NCBI GenBank assembly: GCA_965637545.1
Contig: OZ281494.1
Coordinates: forward strand, 23,126,001-23,190,000
Direction of reading: 5' to 3'
DNA: 64,000 bases
Source of the DNA: Phallusia mammillata
Taxonomy: Eukaryota
In this document: positions 55,777 through 64,000 of the stretch, piece by piece
Layout: each line of letters opens with the position of its first letter
Numbering within the stretch: the stretch's first letter is position 1
Position numbers and translations under genes: made by a program
Notes under the pieces: generated by a model
What the model was told of the DNA's origin: nothing
What the model saw: only the letters and a program-made list of their open reading frames with translations
Database searches by the model: none

Positions 55777-58700
55777 TTATTGGTGCACAGCACCAATTGC
55801 TTGTGAAATATTTTCGTATCCATCCTTGTGCAAATGTTCAACCAAATCTTTTTTCATATTGGTCAGTACAGGTGGTCCCCCATATACTAAAGCTGTATAA
55901 ATTTGCACCAGTGAAGCTCCTGCCTTGATTTTTTCATACGCTTCTGTACCGTTTGAAATTCCACCAACCCCAATAATGGGAACTTTACCTGAAATTTTTA
56001 ATACAGCGAATTATTGAGATAGCAAAAACCATTAAAAAAAACAAACAATTCCCTTAAATCTTTAACAAGCATGCATTAATCTTGAAGCCCTTAAAAACCT
56101 ACAAATAATAATTCTGGTCCTTGAACGTTTTTTTGTTTGTTTTAGAGTAATTCACACAACCCTTTTTATGGGCAGGCAAGGTTTAAATATGACCAATCAC
56201 AACTACCCGATAAAGTAAAAACAGGCCATTACATCAAACTATTTTAACATAATTTACCCTCTGTAAGCTGGTACATTTCACTGATAAGTTTGGTTGAAAC
56301 ATCTCGAACAGGTAAACCAGAAAGACCCCCAACCTCTTTTTTGTGGACACTTCTCAGGGATTCTGGTCGTCTAACAGTTGTGTTGCTGACAATCAGTCCT
56401 TCAACGTTGCACTAAAACAAACAAAATTGCTTTGGTTAACATGGAGTTCAAATTGTACAATAAATCACCAGAAGGTTAATGCAGTTGGTTAGAATCGTAT
56501 CACTGCTATCAGGCACACACTGACAGGTAAATGCAATTAACAGACTGCAGGTCACCTCTAAGACAACTTTTGCTATGTCTTGCTTGTCATCATCAGAAAG
56601 GTCTGGGGCGATTTTTACCAAAACAGGGGGTTTGTTTACTAACTTGTCTCTTTCTTGCAGAATCTAAAAAGTTAATATATGATAAACACAAGAAAGCATA
56701 AGAGGATTTTTAGTTCAACAATGATTTTATTTTGATATTTTGTTTGTTCCAAATGATGTTTGAAATAACTTATTTGAAACTGAATGCTGTCTTAATTACT
56801 AAAGTCATTAATTCAAAATATTAGTAACAATGATATGTTGAACTTTTAGACTTTACAAAGATACAGAAAAATCTTGCTAAACTTTTATACAACTTACTGC
56901 TTTACATAATGTCTCTAGTCTTTTCTTCTGTTGAAGGTTTCTGAGTCCAGCTGTGTTTGGACTTGAAACATTGATGACAATATAATCAGCATATTTCCCA
57001 AGTTGCCTCACTCCTGTTATGTAATCAGCTACATCATCAGTTGAAGTTTTGTTTTTCCCAAGGTTGACTCCTAAGACTATGTTTCCTATGAGACAAAAAA
57101 GGTGGACTTAAATGATATCTTTGTTGCTTTTTAACAAACAATATGACAGTTTTGTATTCTAAACTTGTGTGAAATATCAAACTGGCCAAATAAATTAAAA
57201 TTTGATGTTTAGATCTGCTAAATGCTTGTTTTATGTTAGCTATTAGCTTTTGCAGGCAGTAAACTACAAATGTACAATATTTTCTTTTAAAACCTCTGCA
57301 TTGGTGTTGATCAAATTTGTTCAGCCTATGTTTTGCAGCTTCTTGTCCACAACTGTTAAATCCATATCTGTCAAATCATGTAACACATTTGTTGAAGAGT
57401 CAAGACAGTGTAAAATAATTGGAAAGATTGGGATCCCTGTTGGGGGCTTGTTTGGTCACTAACGTTTGCCCACACAAGAATTGTGTGTACTTTTTCTTAT
57501 GTTATCCAAAAGGGAAATAAAAATCTATGTATGATGCATAAAATGACAAATATATTCGAATGCTATTTAATTTAAGTTATTCTTAACACAACCCCAATTA
57601 AATAATACTTTTGATACAAAAAAGTATAAACAAGAGAAAAGTAAGTAACCTGCTGACCTATTAATAACAGCTTTGTCTTCATATAATCTAAATACTCTTG
57701 GTTTAGGATTTCCAATTTGTGGTAAAGGTGTAACACTGCCTACTTCAATAAATCCAAATCCCATGTTAGACAATCCGGCCATGGCTTCAGCATCCTTATC
57801 AAAACCAGCTGCAATTCCCACTGGATTCTGAAATTCCTTGTTCCAAATGACCTGTCTCTAAATACACATTTTAAACTTTAACACAAACCACATATATATC
57901 TCTGCTGAGTTATTGCCTTGTTAGGATTAAGGAAAGTACAGAAAATACAAAACAATTTTGCACCTTTTGCACCAAAATTTAATATTTATTTTCGGGCCCC
58001 ATGTAGTCTTGCTAACTACAAATTACTTTTTACTTGGCATAAACAATGCAAGTAAATATAAAGCGAACCAAAGGAAATATAAAATGCACATGGCTGGGCA
58101 CATTTGACCTTCAAATGAAAAGTCATGGTTGAATTGCACTTAAAGATATACAGCATAGGTTCATAATCCTTTAGCTCAGTAAATGCTGCCATCAGTAAAA
58201 TTTTAGGATAATCTGCTTTTATGTGTATTTTAGTCCATGAAAGGTGGCCTCTATTGCTCTGTGCACAGGTAAAATAAGTTAAAATACTTACAAGTGAAGG
58301 GTCGTCATGATGTTTTCTACCAGGCAATAAATTCCAGGCCAGGGCCTTTACTGCTGCTTTGTGTGCTGTTTCGGCATCAAGAACTTTGTGTATCAGTGGC
58401 ATGAAACAGTTGGCATAAAACTTTTGATTTTCAGTGTAGATCTCATAGCAACAGAAGGTACCAAGTCCTCCCACAACCAAACCAAAGCCTTCTAATAATG
58501 CCTGAATACAAATGTCCATGTTTGGTAGGGTAATAAACCGGACAAAAAACATTATTGCACTGTACTTTAATTAGTAGAGCAACTGTGGCTCTAAAATGGA
58601 AACAATAAGTGAAAAACAAACATGAGCAAATGAATTTTATGATATATATATAGTAATCTTGTGAATTGCATGGGGTTTGTTAATGCCTTGTAACCCATTA

Positions 58701-58802
58701 TTTGACATTTGTTAGGAATAAACAATGAGTAATTGCATAATCTGGTTTAATATCAACATGTCTTATTAACAAACATATTTTTACCTTTAATGGTGGCTTC
58801 AT
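55777..58802 (-). CDS. DHODH: Dihydroorotate dehydrogenase (quinone), mitochondrial
   Basis: [104 protein letters not shown] across spliced exons. Confidence 0.97.
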
Positions 58803-59620
58803 GTTGTGTGACCTGTGTCTTTAGAAAATGAGGTGCTCAAGAATTCAATTGTTGTTTTAAAACCGGTTTAAAAACTTATAAAAAAAACACATGAATAAAA
58901 AGCTTTTTATAGGAAACCAGATTGGGCTTTATCATCTAAAACTCATTTTTTTCTCTTTGTTTTGTCCAAAGTACAACCACAAGCAAACGCCATTAAAATA
59001 CACAAAACATGACACTTTCACTGTTTTCAAATTTCCACACCACGCTCAAATATACGGTAAACCCCCTAATCAAAACTCTCTGACACAAAAATCGTAATAA
59101 ACAATCTAAAAATAAAAACATATTTCTCAACGATTTCGGCATTTTCTTCGTAAAAAAATATGTAATAAAATTTGTATGTGTGTGTGTTTGGTTTTTCACC
59201 ACCTAAACTATCTGACAGGTTGTCTTTTTAAGTTAATACCCTCTTCTTTTCCCTGACACGGGTGCCCTATTTACCCGATAGTAAACCGCTTGTTATTGTG
59301 TTAAAAACATAATGTAAGCCGCCATTGATTGTAAGCAACATGCTGTGATGTTAGCTACTAGCGTTTCATAACACTTCTTTCTGTTGCTGCTGAGTAGGGC
59401 AGTGGGCTTGAGACATAATTATTGTTCAGTTTTCTTTCTTCGTTTACAAAGGGCAACAAGAGCTGAACAGTCTTGCACAATTTATTTGTTGGTTATAATT
59501 TTCAAAACAAACGGACAATACAAGTTTTGCCCATATTGTAACGCTCTTCTTCCACCAAAACGATTTCCACAAACCAGTTGTAAAAAGTTTTGCTCGGTAA
59601 CTTGGATTGAAACAAGATTA

Positions 59621-62370
59621 TCACTTTCCAATAACTTCTTTTAGCAGTTCTTCCGCTTCCTTTTTAGCCTACAAAAATTAAAATATTTCACGATACTTTT
59701 ACTTGCAGAATGGATAAAATACCCATCCAAACATTTTTGGTTGAAATGTAACTGAATATTTTTTTGAAAACGTATGCATAATTCGTTTGTTAAATCCTTT
59801 ACATGTCGGCATACGCTCTGCTTGTGCCATTACTAACAATTGTTGACTAATAGTTGTACTATGTAGCAACAGGAAGAAAAAGGATAAAACAGTACGGCTT
59901 ACAATCGACTTAAATACGTATATCTAAATAAAAAATAAATGAAAATTATTCCACAATGCTTTTTAAATAAATTAATGACCAAGCCCGTCAAAGAAATGTA
60001 GTACGTTTTGATCTTTGCCCAATACAATCATTTCTAGTTTAGTGCAGTGGTCGGCAACCGCCGGGCCTCGGCCCGGTGCCGGTCCGGTAGGAGTTCGTTA
60101 CCGGACCGTATATTTTTCAGTGTAAATGCTTTAAATCATTTTCCGCGTGCCTCCCGGGGATATAACACTAATTTACGCGTTTTTATTGCTAAATAATTTG
60201 TACTTAAAATTTCACTTTTAAAAACGAAAGGTTGCTGACCCCAGGTTTAGCACACACAGAAATTAACGCTAAATTTTCAAAAGATGTTGTATTATCAGTA
60301 ATTAGTTTTGGCAGGTTTACCTTTGATAAGCACACAAACCCTTATTCAGACTTCAACAAACCAATTTTACCTGTTCATCTTCAGCTGTAACTATTGGATA
60401 GTGTATAGTTCGATCAAAAAATAACATTGCCCGTTTCTTGTCATTCATTTTCATGTAGGTTTTGCCAAGCATTAGGAGATTAATGCTGTAAAAATTTGGA
60501 TCCACTGTAATGTAGAGAAAACATTTGTTAACCAAACTTTAGGGTGGTTTACAGCGAATTTCAGTCAGAAACTGTTTGATGATATGTTCACATAAAAATT
60601 ATCCTTTCCTACAAGTTTGCAAATAAAAAGTGCTTGTGAAAGAGTACATATGACTGGCCCAGCTGCACCCCTTACCAAGAGCCAGATTGCTAAATTTTGA
60701 GTCAAGACAGATTCAGGAAAACTACTATAAATATACATAAATGCCGACAATGTGGCTGCTGGGGTCTAAGCTGTACGAAAAGGTTTATAGCTCACAGAAA
60801 TAGACTGAAAGTACAAAATATTGTCTGACAGTATTAGTGTAATGATCTCTAACATTGTAAACTTCTTAAACATTTTGCACTTTTGGGGTTTTAATATGCA
60901 ATACTCAAAAGAGTAATCATACATTTACTCCAGAAGTGTATGTCATATATTTTTCTTTTCGTTACCTCTTTCAGCTTGCATGAAATACTCTGCAGCTTCA
61001 GGGAATGTGGATGTAGGTGGAGTCCCAAATATAAAACTAGCAATGGTCCTTTGCCATCCAGGCATATCAGCAAACACAAAACACCACATACCAAGACAAT
61101 GTAAAGTTGTTGCATCTTTTGGATTCAGTTCACTTGCTCGCTACAAACAAACTATGCAATTTAGGTTTCATATTACTACAGTTTGAGGTTAAAGTAAAAG
61201 CATTTATATAACCACACCACAATCATTATATGCATACAATTGTAGTTCAACAGTATGTGCCTTACCTGCAAGTGATCTCGAATTATAAAAGCATTGGAAA
61301 TTTTGATCTTTGTTCCTTCATAGTCACCAACATCCCCAATAGTAATTGCATACCACTTATGTGAAGCAAAGTTATAATCATCTGCTTCTAACGCCTTTTT
61401 AGCAAATTCAAATGCTTCATAAACAAGTGCTTTCTTTTCATCCTTTGATATGTCAACTACTTTAAGTGCAAGATCACGAGCTGCACGACAGATTCTCCAC
61501 AAAATTTCAGCATCTGATGTGATTTCATACCTGTAATAAAACAAGTACACATGAATCGGGCTAATCACATAACTAATTTGTCTAGCTTTCTGTGTAATAT
61601 CCTTGATTAAGTATATCGGCTGATTTTCTTTACAAATGTGTTTCATGGACCCATGTATTGCAATAGGCGATAAAATGAACCAGAATTGTCCTTCTACTTA
61701 AAGCTTACCAGAAAAAAGGTTGTGATAAATTTGGACGATTTTGTACAGATTTTTTTGGTAATCAAGCACTATATTACAGATTAAGCTTACTGCTTTAAAT
61801 GTTGATAGAGCTCTCTTGGGTGAAGATTGCTGTTGTACATTCGATCAGCTTCTTCAATAATTAGCTTGTTGTTAACTGAAATAAAAAACAGAAATATGTT
61901 CGGACCACATTCACCAAGGTGTAAAAAAATAGTTTATAGAACCATACATAATCAAAAACATCATAAGTTGCATAAATTACATATTCACACAGTTCTGAGA
62001 TTCCTAGCTTTAATTCCACCAACTACTTGCTTTTTAAAAAAATATATCAGGCTGTCAATGCTTAGTAGTAAAACAAAAGAGGAGAATAACATTTATTTGG
62101 TGTCCAACCTTTTTGTTTTAGTTGTTGGCATGTTACTGGGTGGACACATCCTTTGTAGATTGCAAAAGCAGATGATGATAACAATGCAAATTTGGTGGAA
62201 TGTTGCACATAACTTCTCTGTAAAATGCAACCTTTTAAATTAATTGTTGCATCTACTGTAATAAAGTTATGCAATTTATTAAAAAATGTAGGAAATAAAA
62301 CAAAAATCACCTTAAAAATTGGTGCATTTGCTATACATCGTAAAAAACGAAAAAACTTTGCTGATGTCAT
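59621..62370 (-). CDS. RMDN1: Regulator of microtubule dynamics protein 1 (RMD1/FAM82 family)
   Basis: EEADRMY, AEILWRICRAARD, ASHKWYAITIGD..KISNAFIIRDHL, LNPKDATTLHCLGMWCFVFADMPGWQRTIASFIFGTPPTST, VDPNFYSINLLMLGKTY, EDEQAKKEAEELL; N-terminal exons less certain. Confidence 0.9.
60045..60244. mobile_element. Degenerate short hAT MITE in an RMDN1 intron
   Basis: Imperfect TIRs CAGTGGTCGGCAACC / GGTTGCTGACCCCAG; TSD-like GTTTAGTG / GTTTAGCA; CCGGTCCG motifs. Confidence 0.7.
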
Positions 62371-62531
62371 GTAGAATTAGCACCAATAATCATGCATATG
62401 AGTATATTGCACATTAAAACACGTTCCTGCAAAATAATATTGAGCTTCATTCACAAAATCATTTATGTGAAGACATCATGAAACAGAGTTCAATTTCAGC
62501 TTAAAACATTTGAGAACAAAGTCAACGCAAT

Positions 62532-63837
62532 TTATTTGCAAATCTCAATTAAAAGCTTCATGTTTTTTGCAAACATATTTTCCGAGTCAGAAGTCCCAGA
62601 AACATGCACTATCTTTAGGGAGTGTAAATGATTTGGTTCAAAGACAGTTTGAATTGAATAAATATCAGTGAGAAAAAACCACACGGCATCAGAATCAATT
62701 TTGATTAAATATCGAAAAAATGTCACAGCTGCATCTTGTAAATCCTGCATGCAATCCGCACTTAAATATAGATAAGTCGCAGATAATGTTTTTTGAAAGT
62801 CCTCAAAATTAATCCTAACAACTTGTAAAATTGTTCCAAGCTTTTCTAGCACATTTCTGATCAGTTTGAACAACGCAGAATGTTTGTACACTTGTTTTGA
62901 ACTGGGAATAAGAGCAGAGCTTGGGTGTGGTGCATTGGATTTAAGAAATTGAAGAAGTTTATGCAGAACATCTTTAGTAAATCGCCGCTGAATAAAATCC
63001 CCTGCAGTTGAAGCCATTATGCACACAACATCAAATGCTTTGCTGATAATCTAGCAACAAAACAGCTTTCTGTTAGTTTGCTATGAAAATATGACACCAG
63101 TTTACCAGCAAAAGTATGCACTTTAAAAAGTAAAGAAAAAAACAAACACTAAAGGCAAAATAATAAACACGAAAAATTCTAGATTAAACAAGTCATTCAT
63201 ATTGAAAGCCCTAAAAAAGCAGAATATATATCTCCAATTAACCTGTAACTCAGGATCTATGAATCTTGCCAATAGAGGGGACCACAGCTGATGGACCAAT
63301 GGCAACAAGATATTTTCTTCCCCAGACAATGCCTTTAACCCCTCAACAACAATTTCCATAACCACCAGGCGTACTTTGGGACTTTTATTTGCCATCAGGT
63401 GGCAGCAACGCTTCAGCACTTGCTCAATCATCTTAAAATGAGCTTCAACTTTAGGTTCTGCATCAGTTTCAAGATTTTTGTCATTTTCAGTAATTGGGGT
63501 TTCATCATCAGTGTCTTCTGTTTCGCCCAAAGTGTCCGTAGCAATTTCACTATTTTTATGAAAATTCAACACAAATTCTTTTAAATAGTTTTCGCTTTTA
63601 CAACTTGAATTATCTTTGTTAACATCATCCTGAAGTCCCTTGTAGTTTTTCTTTAGATCAAACCACTTTGTGGTGGACTGAACAATGGTTAGAAGTACTG
63701 GCAGAAAAGAGGATAAGTGTTGGTTGTAACTGTGACAAAGATCGAGCGTGTCAAGGATTTCAGATATTGTGTCACGAATAAGTGGAAAGATTGTGTTATC
63801 ACTGTGCTGTAGCATTGCATGGATAACTGATGGACAC
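62532..63837 (-). CDS. TTI1: TELO2-interacting protein 1, 3' part (gene continues beyond the window)
   Basis: Last two exons ~63837-63243 and ~63050-62532: PLIRDTISEILDTLD, RCCHLMA, LLPLVHQLWSPLLARF, GDFIQRRF, YLYLS..LQDAA, DSDAVWFFL, typical of the TTI1 C-terminal HEAT region. Confidence 0.87.
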
Positions 63838-64000
63838 CTGCAACAACATGCATGGTTTCTTTTAATGGCTCATTAAAAATACTAAGCAACATTTGACCAT
63901 ATTATTATTTTTTTATTCAACTTAATTTATATTTCCCCATTCCCTCAGAAAAACTTTTTTGGAAGGCAAACAATATACCATGACCACCAAACTGCTAATT

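Noticed and set aside
61575-61585. Exact U7-type Sm site AATTTGTCTAG in an RMDN1 intron (opposite strand)
   Set aside because: No 3' hairpin and no pyrimidine-rich histone-downstream-element-pairing 5' segment.

Overview
AT-rich, gene-dense eukaryotic DNA with short GT-AG introns. The gene content and compactness suggest an invertebrate chordate, most likely an ascidian (inference). I reconstructed nine spliced protein-coding genes by hand. From left to right: a secreted 3x trefoil / 9x TSP1 / VWA protein (+); a collagen-intelectin (-); Mesp (+); LSM11 (+); a second collagen-intelectin paralog (+); CENP-L (+); a C2H2-zinc-finger 2'-5' oligoadenylate synthetase (-); DHODH (-); and RMDN1 (-). 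The 3' part of TTI1 (-) lies at the right edge. Between LSM11 and the second intelectin is a ~13 kb stretch with no recognisable CDS but dense promoter motifs, splice sites and hairpins. Six hAT-type non-autonomous elements are also present. The most striking system is the divergent pair of collagen-intelectins. In each, the lectin domain is split by a ~235-aa module (motif ISDGGxDMYDxGN) flanked by phase-1 introns, and the canonical intelectin sugar-binding residues are lost. Only one copy carries a MASP-binding-type PGKxGP collagen motif. The OAS with three N-terminal C2H2 fingers is a second unusual innate-immunity architecture. Exon boundaries were read manually and could be off by a few bases.
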